From NCBI GenBank assembly GCA_030019325.1, contig JASEFB010000001.1, forward strand, positions 1 through 41,770: DNA of 41,770 nt, written 5' to 3'. The first letter of the stretch is position 1. Every line of letters starts with the position of its first letter. This DNA comes from an archaeon (lineage in GTDB: Archaea > Halobacteriota > Syntropharchaeia > Alkanophagales > Methanospirareceae). Of the stretch, positions 1 through 8,475 are shown piece after piece. The position numbers and the translations under genes were made by a program. The notes beneath the pieces were generated by a model, which searched no databases, had not been told where the DNA came from, and saw only the letters and a list, made by a program, of their open reading frames with translations.

Positions 1-1053
1 CATTCCAAGCACAACAGCCAGCAGCACAATTGAAAACTCGCCTCTTGGCGTTGTGTATGCTCCGACCCTCAATCCGGTTTCAAGTGAGCCGTGCAGCTTC
101 TTTCCAATAAGCGCACCACTGGCGAACTTTCCTAAGATGGACAGAATTATGAGTGCCAGGAGTGCGAGGACAAAGTCCGCCGGGGGCAATCCCGCAAATT
201 TGAAGGGGAACATCATACCGAAGGAGAAGAAGAAAATAGTGAGGAATAAGTTCTTAAATGCGATAGTGTCACCGAGAAGCCACTTGAAGGACTTGACTCC
301 AGAGAGTGCAGAGCCGAGGAAAAATGCAACGATCACCTCAGAGATATGACAATGCAGCAAAATACCCAAGAGGTATGCGAGTGCTGAGAATCCGAATATG
401 AATGCGAAAATAAGCAGTATGGGTATCTCATCATCACGCTCGAACAGAGGCGAGATGAAGATGCTCAGCCCTCTGATGAGAACCGAGATGAATACGATGA
501 GCAGTAAAGTCGCTGCTAAGGAGACAGGGATCCTGATCATGGCGAAGCTGCCAGACATAATGGAAGTCAGCACCACAAGCAGAATCGCCAGCATTATGTC
601 CTCGAAGACCATCAGCCATACGACGGTCTCTGCTTCCGGGTATATCAACCTCTTGTTCTCTATCAGCGAGGATATGACTATCGCAGAACTGCTGATGTAA
701 ACTGCTGATGCGAGTATGAAAGCCTCTATCAGGGTTAAGCCAATAATGAGCCCCAGCGAAAATCCTGCGATGAAATTCACCCCGAAGTCCGTGCAACCTG
801 CAAATAACCTTCCAGGCTCTTTTATGCCTTTGAAGTTGAACTCCAGTCCTATGTAGAACATCAGGAGGATTACACCGATCTTACCCAGCCACTCGACGAA
901 GTTGTATGAGGATATTAAGTCGAAGCCGCTCCTTCCGAGGAGTATTCCTGCGATTATGTATACCGGGATCGAGGTTTGCCTGAGATATTTTGATAGCAGT
1001 CCGAGGGCTAAGCAAGAGGCCGTGACAATAGCTAAATCCACCAGAAAGTTCAT
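1..1053 (-). CDS. Cation:proton antiporter (CPA2/Kef-type) membrane subunit, partial; the C-terminus lies beyond the left edge
   Basis: Not in the ORF track because it is open to the window edge. My minus-strand translation from the ATG at 1053 gives 351 uninterrupted codons (MNFLVDLAIVTASCLALGLLSKYLRQTSIPVYIIAGILLGRSGF...). The sequence is strongly hydrophobic and multi-TM, with a Na+/H+-exchanger-like N-terminus. It starts 4 nt after the stop of the RCK_C gene. Track ORFs at 53-796 are shadows of it. Confidence 0.75.
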   Translation of the reverse strand, partial: MNFLVDLAIVTASCLALGLLSKYLRQTSIPVYIIAGILLGRSGFDLISSYNFVEWLGKIGVILLMFYIGLEFNFKGIKEPGRLFAGCTDFGVNFIAGFSLGLIIGLTLIEAFILASAVYISSSAIVISSLIENKRLIYPEAETVVWLMVFEDIMLAILLVVLTSIMSGSFAMIRIPVSLAATLLLIVFISVLIRGLSIFISPLFERDDEIPILLIFAFIFGFSALAYLLGILLHCHISEVIVAFFLGSALSGVKSFKWLLGDTIAFKNLFLTIFFFSFGMMFPFKFAGLPPADFVLALLALIILSILGKFASGALIGKKLHGSLETGLRVGAYTTPRGEFSIVLLAVVLGM

Positions 1054-1057
1054 CTAT

Positions 1058-1540
1058 CTAAACCTGTCCAAGAATCTCCCTCGCACAGGCCTTTATTTGC
1101 TCACGCTCACCTATCACCACTATCAGGTCTCCCTCTTCGAAGACCATTTCCGGTGGCGGGCTGATGATGCTCCGTCCCCTTCTCGATAGTGCTATTATCG
1201 TGACGCCTGTCCTCTTCCTGATTGCTAAATCCTCGATGCTCTTTCCTACCATACCCTTCGTTACCGGACATATATGGATGTTTATTCTAAGGTCCGAAAT
1301 TTCGGAAAACGACACCTCTACGTCTTCACGCTCTATGGTAAGCATCGCTCCAGTCAGAACGCTTCCGACACGTCGTGCTTCTTCTGAGGTCAACCTTGTA
1401 ACCGATGGCTTCTCAGCACCGGCTTCTAAGACATATAGCTCTATTTCACCAGTCGTCAAGAATATAACCGCTACTTTATCCCCTTTGGGACTTTCTATCT
1501 CATACTTCGTGCCTATCTCGGGAAGTTTAGAAATTCGCAT
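1058..1540 (-). CDS. RCK_C/TrkA-C domain regulatory protein (KhtT-like) of the adjacent antiporter
   Basis: 160-aa ORF. The segment GKSIEDLAIRKRTGVTIIALSRRGRSIISPPPEMVFEEGDLIVVIGEREQI is a typical TrkA-C signature. It is co-directional with the antiporter gene and 4 nt upstream of it. Confidence 0.75.
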   Translation of the reverse strand: MRISKLPEIGTKYEIESPKGDKVAVIFLTTGEIELYVLEAGAEKPSVTRLTSEEARRVGSVLTGAMLTIEREDVEVSFSEISDLRINIHICPVTKGMVGKSIEDLAIRKRTGVTIIALSRRGRSIISPPPEMVFEEGDLIVVIGEREQIKACAREILGQV

Positions 1541-1572
1541 GATGTTACCTCCATCTGTTACAATATCCGCGT

Positions 1573-1695
1573 TTATAATTTAACCTTGCTATACCAAAAG
1601 CCCGCTACACCTATCACTACCACCTGGAGTAATAAGCAAAGAGCGATCAATCCGCCGAGCTCTGTATCCTCGGCGAAAAAAAGGCGTGTGCACAT
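1573..1695 (-). CDS. Possible 40-aa small membrane protein
   Basis: My translation is MCTRLFFAEDTELGGLIALCLLLQVVVIGVAGFWYSKVKL, with one hydrophobic helix. It lies just upstream of the RCK_C gene and is below the size cutoff of the ORF track. No homology recognised. Confidence 0.2.
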   Translation of the reverse strand: MCTRLFFAEDTELGGLIALCLLLQVVVIGVAGFWYSKVKL

Positions 1696-1762
1696 TATCC
1701 GGATGTTGCGTGCCCATGCATCGTGGAATTTTTACCATATCAAGTACTCCTCATCTCCACAC

Positions 1763-2434
1763 TCACCCATACACCTCTTTCTTCATCATCTCTCCGCCGA
1801 CGAACCGCGTTATGTAATGTGATGCTATGGTTAGGCCTTCTCTGAGTTCTTCATAAGACATGCCGGGGATGCCATAAGCAACTAAAAGTACATCCGTCGT
1901 CGTATCCGTTACTTTTGTCTCTTCCACATCACCGTGCACATAGACGCACAGTATCTTTGCTGAATCCGTTAGGACGAGCTCTTTCCCTGTCAATTTCTTT
2001 TGCCTATTCCCTATCAAAATAACCTCCTCACCCTCTCTCGAAAATCTCACTGACAACGGTGGGGCTATTCGCGCCATCTCAAAAGCACTGAACGTGAGGA
2101 GTGTCTGCACCGACGCGAGGTTGTACGCATCGACGATGGGTGATACCCTTGGCAACCCTTTATTCAACAAAATCCTTCGCAGCAATGCCTCTGACGCCGG
2201 TCTGACTTTCGTTGGATCAACACCCATTCTCCAGAAGAAGTCCCGTTGCGATCTGATCGTTCTTATATCCTTCACATCGTCAATTTTATAGGTTCTTTTT
2301 ATCTCTTCCTCAACGGTTGTTATCTCCGCGCTTATTTCGCGACTTCCTTTTTGCCTCACGCCTTGTATCTCTGCGATACCCACGCTTATCTCAAATTTTT
2401 CCCGCACGGCATCTTCTATAATGAGGCGCATCAT
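1763..2434 (-). CDS. B3/B4 tRNA-binding domain protein (PheT B3/4-like)
   Basis: 223-aa ORF. The segments RPASEALLRRILLNKGLPRVSPIVDAYNLASVQTLLTFSAF... and ...VLTDSAKILCVYVHGD resemble the standalone B3_4 domain family. Confidence 0.7.
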   Translation of the reverse strand: MMRLIIEDAVREKFEISVGIAEIQGVRQKGSREISAEITTVEEEIKRTYKIDDVKDIRTIRSQRDFFWRMGVDPTKVRPASEALLRRILLNKGLPRVSPIVDAYNLASVQTLLTFSAFEMARIAPPLSVRFSREGEEVILIGNRQKKLTGKELVLTDSAKILCVYVHGDVEETKVTDTTTDVLLVAYGIPGMSYEELREGLTIASHYITRFVGGEMMKKEVYG

Positions 2435-2446
2435 AAACCTTTCTTA

Positions 2447-2569
2447 TGTGGGGCTCCGCCCCATCACGGGCTCCGCCTGTGCCCCCGCATCGTGGGCTCC
2501 GCCCACGTCCCCGAAAACCCTGAAAGGGTTTACCAGAGGGGCTTACTCGCAAGCCCTGTAAGGGCTTAA
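2447..2569. repeat. Composite GC-rich palindromic repeat element (three GGGCTCCGCC units plus hairpins)
   Basis: The core GGGCTCCGCC occurs at 2451, 2468 and 2494. There is a hairpin AAACCCT-GAA-AGGGTTT at 2515-2531. Segments GGGGCTT (2538-2544), AAGCCCT (2551-2557) and AGGGCTT (2561-2567) can pair alternatively. A shorter copy lies at 41244-41287. Confidence 0.8.
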
Positions 2570-2580
2570 AGAAAGTTTTA

Positions 2581-2769
2581 TCAAAGAATTTCTATTACGA
2601 TTGTATGCTTCATCAGATTTATTTCCTTGATCCTTCCTTTTATCTCGCGTGTCTCGCCCAATATCCCGGTGAGTTTGATATCCTCACCATCAATGTCGAT
2701 ATGAACCACCTCTTCCATTAGTAATTCTCTTCTCCTTTCTTTTTCTATAAATACACTCGATTCGCACAT
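2581..2769 (-). CDS. CooT-family small nickel-binding protein
   Basis: 62 aa, MCESSVFIEKERRRELLMEEVVHIDIDGEDIKLTGILGETREIKGRIKEINLMKHTIVIE. The Cys2, the length and the beta-rich pattern match the CooT (PF10133) family as I remember it. Confidence 0.7.
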   Translation of the reverse strand: MCESSVFIEKERRRELLMEEVVHIDIDGEDIKLTGILGETREIKGRIKEINLMKHTIVIEIL

Positions 2770-2924
2770 AGTTTTGGATCTCCATCGTTATTCTTTACTT
2801 CATTACAGCTTATTTGTCACGGGAGATTATATTTTTGTCGTCTTTGGATTGGATTCTTCTACGTTTCTCTCAAAGTATTAAAAACTTTTTTAAGTGAAAA
2901 ATTATAATATACCATGGTGGAAAA

Positions 2925-3431
2925 ATGAGAAGTTATGCATTGAAATTGGATGAAGCGAAGAGCCTCGCAGATATATTTGAGATTGTAAAAGAAGGGGTTA
3001 GAAAAGTTATGAAGACGGGCAGGGCAGGATTAACCTTAGGATTAGCTGAGCTGAGTGGAGACCAAAATTGCTGGATAGGAGCTTTCTATCCGGTTGGATC
3101 AAATACGATTATCATGAACAAGGCACCTTTGAGAAGGATCGCTGAAACAGAGCCCCGGTTATATAATGCCTATGCCTTTCATGTATTGTTGCACGAGTAC
3201 CTCCATTCCTTGGGTTATATCGAGGAAGGAAGGGCCAGAAGTTTAGTGTACTGGATCTCGCAAGAGCTATTTGGCGAGGATCATTTAGTGACGCAGATGG
3301 CCAAGGACATGAGTAAATTCTTGCCAAATCTCACGTATCCTACTCAGGGCTATATCCCACAAAATCTTGAAGGTTTAGAGATCGAGATGGTAAAAGACTT
3401 CGATCGATCGAGTATAAACTATATTATATAA
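2925..3431 (+). CDS. Hypothetical protein with an HExxH motif (putative zinc metallopeptidase-like)
   Basis: 168-aa ORF with an AT-rich promoter region upstream. The motif HVLLHEYLHSLG contains HExxH. No family name recognised. Confidence 0.6.
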   Translation: MRSYALKLDEAKSLADIFEIVKEGVRKVMKTGRAGLTLGLAELSGDQNCWIGAFYPVGSNTIIMNKAPLRRIAETEPRLYNAYAFHVLLHEYLHSLGYIEEGRARSLVYWISQELFGEDHLVTQMAKDMSKFLPNLTYPTQGYIPQNLEGLEIEMVKDFDRSSINYII

Positions 3432-3535
3432 AATAAAAGGAGCACCCGTCTCTAAAACTCCTCCTCAGAGCTTATTTCAGTTTGCGAAAAACAAAAATAA
3501 GTCAATAAGAAAAAGATTATTAGGACGTTTGCAAA

Positions 3536-4414
3536 ATGGAGATAGAAGCGACCTATTGTGAGGCATTTGATGGGTTGGTTGCACGACTCTGCATAACCGC
3601 GGGCGATGAGAAGCGGTTGAAGCAAGCGGCTTACAATGCTACTGCATTGCCCTCGACGGTCTTTGGCGAATCAGAAGGTGGGATAGAGCGGTGGTTGAAG
3701 GAGCGCGAAACGCTCGATGGGAGAGAAGGAGCATTGATTCAACTCTGGGTGAATTATGCTGAAGGTGCCCCAAAGAAGCTTGAATACGAATTATCGAAAC
3801 GAATAAGGCAAGGGATACTGGTCGTGCCCACGACATCTGTCTTCAATGCGCTCGATTCGGCAGAGAGGATTGATACCATGGATCGAATAGGGCATTGCGG
3901 CGATGGCTATGAGACAATTGCGCAGAAGTTTGGAAGGGAGGTAATAGTGGTGCCGATAATGATGGGGGAATTTGTGATAGAACGTTATGCAGGCTATAAG
4001 AAGGGTGTGATGGGTGGGAACCTCTGGTTCTTGTGCGAAAGCGTAGAGTCCGCCTTAGAAGCGGGTGAAAAGGCACTTGCCGCAATAAGCGATGTAGAAG
4101 GAGCTATTACTCCGTTTGATATTTGCGCAGCGGGCTCTAAACCAGAAACGAACTATCCGGAGATAGGCCCCACGACTAATCACCCCTATTGCCCCACGTT
4201 AAAGCGGGGAATTAACGGATCGAGGGTCCCCGACGGTGTAACATGTATTCCCGAGATCGTTATAAATGGCGTTTCGCTTGAGTCGGTAAAAGAAGCGATG
4301 AGAGCAGCGATGGAGCACGTACGAGATGTTAAAGGCCTGGTGAAGATCTCAGCAGGGAATTACGGTGGTAAATTGGGGAGCTATAAGATTTTTTTGAAGG
4401 AGCTTATGGGATGA
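3536..4414 (+). CDS. ftr: Formylmethanofuran--tetrahydromethanopterin N-formyltransferase
   Basis: 292 aa. The N-terminus (MEIEATYCEAFDGLVARLCITA), VVPIMMGEFVIE, GGNLWFLCES, INGVSLESVKEAM and the C-terminal KISAGNYGGKLGSYKIFLKEL all match conserved Ftr blocks. Confidence 0.9.
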   Translation: MEIEATYCEAFDGLVARLCITAGDEKRLKQAAYNATALPSTVFGESEGGIERWLKERETLDGREGALIQLWVNYAEGAPKKLEYELSKRIRQGILVVPTTSVFNALDSAERIDTMDRIGHCGDGYETIAQKFGREVIVVPIMMGEFVIERYAGYKKGVMGGNLWFLCESVESALEAGEKALAAISDVEGAITPFDICAAGSKPETNYPEIGPTTNHPYCPTLKRGINGSRVPDGVTCIPEIVINGVSLESVKEAMRAAMEHVRDVKGLVKISAGNYGGKLGSYKIFLKELMG

Positions 4415-4454
4415 GTTCTGCCCTCGCCACGCGCAGAACAAAGAGGCTGTCCTG

Positions 4455-4750
4455 TAACTGAAGAGCTGGATATTGAAGTTATAGACATGGCTGTGAATGT
4501 GGATCATGTTCATCTTTTCATAAAATATCCGCCGAAGTATTCATTAAGTTGGATAGCGAAGTGGATAAAAGGGAGGAGTAGTAAGCTTTTGAGGGATAGA
4601 TTCTCGCATCTTAAAGAATGGTGTCCGGATCATCTGTGGGCGCCGAGTTGCTATCATGGTTTGATGGGGACATGGGTTGGAAGTGGTAGGAAGATATATA
4701 CGATGCAAATTATTTTAGGGCAAAACTTAAATATGCTTAAGCGCATATAG
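4455..4750 (+). pseudogene. tnpA: IS200/IS605-family TnpA (Y1 transposase) relic lacking the N-terminal third
   Basis: EELDIEVIDMAVNVDHVHLFIKYPPKYSLSWIAKWIKGRSSKLLRDRFSHLKEWCPDHLWAPSCYHG matches the HUH (HVH) core and C-terminal blocks of TnpA. The first ~50 residues are missing and no TnpB or element ends were seen. Confidence 0.7.
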
Positions 4751-4774
4751 GGAAAAGGATGGTTGTTTAGAAGA

Positions 4775-5191
4775 ATGTGCAATTTTATTATAGGCTGTAT
4801 TATAAGGATATTTGAATATATTATAGGTGTAGGTGTTGTCACAGTTGTAGCTTTAGTAGTTGCTTTTAAAGCTCAAGAAAGGTACAAGGATTATTCTATT
4901 AAAAAAGCTGTTAAAGCATATTTGACCCAATATATCATAGATTGGACAGAAATACGTAAGAAAGAGGAGTTTAAGTCAGAAGAAAGAACAATATTAGCAA
5001 GGGATGGTAAAAATATAACAGAAACTATTATGTCCCGATCTACTTTGTTATTCGATGATATTATCAGGGAGGCAAAAGCAATTGGAGATGAAATAGAAGG
5101 ATTATCAAAAATTACAATTACAATAGAAAAAGGAGATGAACTTGCAGAAAGAGCAAAAAAATGTGCAGCAAGGATAGGGGGTCGGAGATAG
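4775..5191 (+). CDS. Hypothetical membrane-anchored protein (island gene 1)
   Basis: An ATG at 4775 lies inside the TTG-started track ORF. There is an N-terminal TM helix (IIGVGVVTVVALVVAF) followed by a charged helical tail. Very AT-rich. Confidence 0.5.
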   Translation: MCNFIIGCIIRIFEYIIGVGVVTVVALVVAFKAQERYKDYSIKKAVKAYLTQYIIDWTEIRKKEEFKSEERTILARDGKNITETIMSRSTLLFDDIIREAKAIGDEIEGLSKITITIEKGDELAERAKKCAARIGGRR

Positions 5192-5288
5192 AAGGGATGA
5201 AAATTCAGGCAGATACCTTAATGGCGTGCAAAAGAAAGAAGTTTTAAATATAAATAAACAAAAAGATAGGGTAGAGGTGTAAGGGTTA

Positions 5289-6041
5289 ATGGATGAAATA
5301 AAGAAAATCACAAAATTAAGCGACTTCATAGAATTCCTGGACTCTGTAAAGGATGCTATTCATACGTGGGGCATTACACGTATTGATTTTTACCACGAAT
5401 TAGATGAAAAGCAGAAGGAAGAAATTATAGAAATAGGAGAGAAATATGATTTACCATTTGAAGAAGTTGAAGTTGTTGAAGATGTTGAGGATGAGGATTT
5501 TGAAAGTTGTTTAATTAATGATGAAATGATAGGCTTTTTGATGGATAGACTTGTTTATTCTGAAAGAGAATATCATATGGATCGCTTAACTCGATTTTTA
5601 AAAGATTTAGATAAGTTTAATGTTAAATCTTTAGCAACAGGTATCACTTTTCTGTTTTATAAAAGCGATCTTCTAGAAAATATGAACGATTTGATAGAAT
5701 TTTTAAGTAAAAATGCCGCTAAAACTGCCGAAGATGTTGGTGTGAGTTTGGGTGGGATCTCATGGATTTCTTTAAATTGCGAATTGGGTGCCAGATGGAG
5801 ACTTGATCTTAAGAAAATAGCAGAGAAATATGATCTCACCGATGAAATTGGCTTTGAAATTGGTTCTAATAATATAGATTTTACGATGGATACCCTTACT
5901 TATTTAGGAAAAATTGGGGGAATAGAAATATATGACATGTCTCTTTTGATTCGGTTCCTAAAAGATATAGCCAGAAAATTTAATCCTGTAGAGTTTAATA
6001 TTCCGGGGTTTACTTTTAAATTTGAGAAAATAGGAGAATAA
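5289..6041 (+). CDS. Hypothetical acidic protein with four internal FL-x-x-L type repeats (island gene 2)
   Basis: 250 aa. Recurrent modules are IEFLDSVKD, LTRFLKDLDKF, LIEFLSKNAAK and LIRFLKDIARKF, each followed by a beta-like segment. Its stop is 2 nt before the next start codon. Confidence 0.6.
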   Translation: MDEIKKITKLSDFIEFLDSVKDAIHTWGITRIDFYHELDEKQKEEIIEIGEKYDLPFEEVEVVEDVEDEDFESCLINDEMIGFLMDRLVYSEREYHMDRLTRFLKDLDKFNVKSLATGITFLFYKSDLLENMNDLIEFLSKNAAKTAEDVGVSLGGISWISLNCELGARWRLDLKKIAEKYDLTDEIGFEIGSNNIDFTMDTLTYLGKIGGIEIYDMSLLIRFLKDIARKFNPVEFNIPGFTFKFEKIGE

Positions 6042-6043
6042 GT

Positions 6044-6529
6044 ATGAAAAAATACGATGTTGCTTTAGCTCTCGCAAAAACAGGAAATGATAGCAAACTC
6101 GCTTTAGCTCGGATGCTCATTGATATGCTGGACTTAAATGAGTTATATGAGCGATTGGATTACGGAGGGATGTTCGGAGATCTCAAGAATCTAAGTGATG
6201 AGGAGTATTTTGACTTATTAGGAATAGATCCGAAAGAAAGAGCAGAAAGACTTGAAGATATAGATGTAGATGATCTTAGAAATTATGACGTGGCGCTTGC
6301 GTTAGCTACTGCTGGAAATATAGAACAGGCAAGACGAGTTATGGAGTTAACTAATCCAAAGAAAGAATTAGATGAATCCGATTTTGCGAATCTTGAGATA
6401 CTTCCCGAGACCATAGATGCAGCAGTGGAAAAAATGATGGAAGTTAGAGAAAGATTAGAAAGGGAGAAATTACGAGAAAAGCTTAAGAATATCTTGTTAG
6501 AAAGCATTATGCAGAAAAGCCAAAAATAA
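6044..6529 (+). CDS. Hypothetical protein with a duplicated YDVALALA-x-x-GN motif (island gene 3)
   Basis: 161 aa. KKYDVALALAKTGN (residues 2-14) and RNYDVALALATAGN (89-101) are conserved at the protein level but differ at synonymous positions. The next start codon follows 1 nt after the stop. Confidence 0.6.
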   Translation: MKKYDVALALAKTGNDSKLALARMLIDMLDLNELYERLDYGGMFGDLKNLSDEEYFDLLGIDPKERAERLEDIDVDDLRNYDVALALATAGNIEQARRVMELTNPKKELDESDFANLEILPETIDAAVEKMMEVRERLEREKLREKLKNILLESIMQKSQK

Positions 6530-6530
6530 A

Positions 6531-7388
6531 ATGGAGTTTGAAAAAGCCTTTGGAGAGGGTAAGACTATAGGATATAGGGATCTTATAGAAGCTACGGATA
6601 GAATAGTGCCAAATGAGCATCTATCTAGGGATCGCGAATCACTACTTAGGATTTTTAATGATTATACTACAATCTCTAAATACATAATTGAAACTTTTAA
6701 TCCCATTGAAAGAGAGATATTCCTCAGTGTATTCGAACCTTTTCCTGAAATCAAATATAACTCAGCGCTGTTAAAAAATGGGATGACTATAGCCCTTAAG
6801 GCTATTAAAGAAGGATATTCTCAATACTTTTTGAGTGATTACTTCTTAGAACATCTCAAACAAAAAGGTTTGTCCATTGTTCGTTTTGGTACTGAAAGAG
6901 AGAATCCTTCCTATTTCACTATTGAGGTAGATACTCGAGAACGAGAATTTAATCCTGCAAAATTAGAGTTGAAATTTGAAACAAAAACGTTCCATCACGA
7001 GTATAAAGGAAGTGGTTGGATAGAGAGGGAGAGCGACATTATAACAAATGTTGAAGGTCTTGCAGGTGTTACAAAGAAAGCGTATAATTATATTGTAAAG
7101 GGTACGACAAATGGATGGGAATTTTTAATTGACCACTTAAGAAATAATTTTTCCAGAGGAATAGCTCCATACAATCTCAAAACGATAATAGATTGCTATT
7201 ATAAGGGAAACGATATAATTGCAGGAGTTAGAGTCCATAAAGAGAAAGGAATGGAGATATTTTTAACTAAAGAGGCTTATGAATATATGAAAGAGCAAAA
7301 ATTCTCTATTCTTCGGGGTAAAAGAAGTGAAGAAAGGAATGATTGGGAAGAGTTAGAACTATTATTTCATCCAGAGGTGGCAATATGA
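6531..7388 (+). CDS. Hypothetical protein (island gene 4)
   Basis: 285-aa ORF with no recognisable motifs. Its stop overlaps the next start codon (ATGA at 7385-7388). Confidence 0.6.
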   Translation: MEFEKAFGEGKTIGYRDLIEATDRIVPNEHLSRDRESLLRIFNDYTTISKYIIETFNPIEREIFLSVFEPFPEIKYNSALLKNGMTIALKAIKEGYSQYFLSDYFLEHLKQKGLSIVRFGTERENPSYFTIEVDTREREFNPAKLELKFETKTFHHEYKGSGWIERESDIITNVEGLAGVTKKAYNYIVKGTTNGWEFLIDHLRNNFSRGIAPYNLKTIIDCYYKGNDIIAGVRVHKEKGMEIFLTKEAYEYMKEQKFSILRGKRSEERNDWEELELLFHPEVAI

Positions 7389-8203
7389 ATCTGAGATATT
7401 ACAGCAGTGAAAGGTGGGATTTTGAATTGAAAGACCTCTTTTATGTGATGAACCTTCTAAACAAGGTTAATGAAAGAGTTTGTCCTGTGGAGGTTATTCT
7501 GGATAAAAGCGAGGAAGAGATTTGGAAGAATGATATGCTGCCACAAACAAGAGTGATTAAGAAAAATACAGGTAAAACTGCTGCGGAATGGCTAAAATCC
7601 GGGAGTGGCAATCTTTATGTATATGGAACTTTGGCTGTGGTCGAAAATGGTGCTGTCCAATGGATCACAAAATACGAAGGAGTGAAAGAGACTCTGGAAG
7701 ATATCTTAGAGAACCCAGAAAAGGGAATAGAAAATCTTCTTGATGAGATAAAAGAGAAGCCAAAAGATGAAAATGCAGTCCTAAATAATTTCATCCAATC
7801 AGGCTTAATTCGGGGACAATCAAAAAGGGAGGTTGAAGTTGGAATAAAGCATTTAGAAGAGAGGTATAAAGAAAGGGGATGGAATGAGAAAGACTATAAT
7901 TCAGCTAAGAACTTAGTTGCAAAGAAGATAGACCTTGTTATAGAGAATGAGGATGAAATATGGTTAATTGAAGGGAAGTCAGAATTTGAATCTAAAAAAG
8001 CTGAAGAGGCATTAGGACAAATATTATTATATGAAGAGCTTTACCATATAGACCATAATCCTGAGAAGACAATTAGAAAAGCGGTAGTATTTGGAGAGTC
8101 ATCAAATCCACACCTTTTTGAATCCCTTGGAGAAATTAGCTTGGTAGAAAAAGCATTTAAAAGACACGAAATAAAAGTATTCATAGAAGGAAGGGATTTC
8201 TAA
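7385..8203 (+). CDS. Protein with a C-terminal NucS/RecB-like PD-(D/E)xK nuclease domain (island gene 5)
   Basis: The ATG at 7385 overlaps the upstream stop. The C-terminus reads KIDLVIENEDEIWLIEGKSE...EALGQILLY, which gives D, ExK and QxxxY (7931-8032), the catalytic pattern of the DUF91/NucS and RecB nuclease families. The N-terminal ~150 aa are unassigned. Confidence 0.65.
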   Translation: MNLRYYSSERWDFELKDLFYVMNLLNKVNERVCPVEVILDKSEEEIWKNDMLPQTRVIKKNTGKTAAEWLKSGSGNLYVYGTLAVVENGAVQWITKYEGVKETLEDILENPEKGIENLLDEIKEKPKDENAVLNNFIQSGLIRGQSKREVEVGIKHLEERYKERGWNEKDYNSAKNLVAKKIDLVIENEDEIWLIEGKSEFESKKAEEALGQILLYEELYHIDHNPEKTIRKAVVFGESSNPHLFESLGEISLVEKAFKRHEIKVFIEGRDF

Positions 8204-8218
8204 AGACGAGTGCCACGT

Positions 8219-8291
8219 GCCGCCGTAACTCAGTTGGTAGAGTGCCCGGCTGTTAACCGGATTGTCACAGGTTCGAGTCCTGTCGGCGGCG
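8219..8291 (+). tRNA. tRNA-Asn: tRNA-Asn (anticodon GUU)
   Basis: Cloverleaf by hand: acceptor GCCGCCG/CGGCGGC, D arm ACTC-AGTTGGTA-GAGT, anticodon loop CTGTTAA (GTT at 8252-8254), T arm ACAGG-TTCGAGT-CCTGT, discriminator G. No encoded CCA. Confidence 0.9.
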
Positions 8292-8475
8292 TTGCGGCTC
8301 CTCTCCAACCAACGCTTTATTTTTGGGTAGCCGTAAAGTGCTTTGAACAGGTGTTCTTTCTACTTAATGTCTTTTAAATGGCAGACCCATAACACCTATT
8401 TTTGCAAAAATTTTTGCTTATTCAAAAAAGCAGGCAGAGGAGGTGGCTCACCCGCCAAAGAGAGGAGTTTGAAAG

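Noticed and set aside
53-796. Three track ORFs (53-349 +, 398-700 +, 434-796 -)
   Set aside because: They are shadows of the edge-truncated antiporter gene on the minus strand (1-1053). Their translations are not membrane-like and have no motifs.
2447-2513. Possible CRISPR array (also considered for 21519-21548 and 27554-27629)
   Set aside because: The units are contiguous or nearly so, with no unique spacers of 25-50 nt, and no cas genes are present. These are tandem or hairpin repeats, not CRISPRs.
2246-2569. 107-aa plus-strand ORF covering the GC-rich repeat
   Set aside because: It lies antisense to the B3/4 gene start and then reads through a repeat element. Its Pro/Arg/Gly-rich translation is an artefact of GC-rich sequence.
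8102-8308. 68-aa minus-strand ORF
   Set aside because: It runs antisense through tRNA-Asn and the 3' end of island gene 5, so it is an artefact.
4415-8330. att-site duplication of tRNA-Asn that would define the AT-rich island as an integrated element
   Set aside because: I found no second copy of either half of the tRNA sequence at the far end of the island (4415-4800) or just downstream of the tRNA. The island also lies on the 5' side of the tRNA. Integration via this tRNA is therefore unsupported, though a proper search is still needed.
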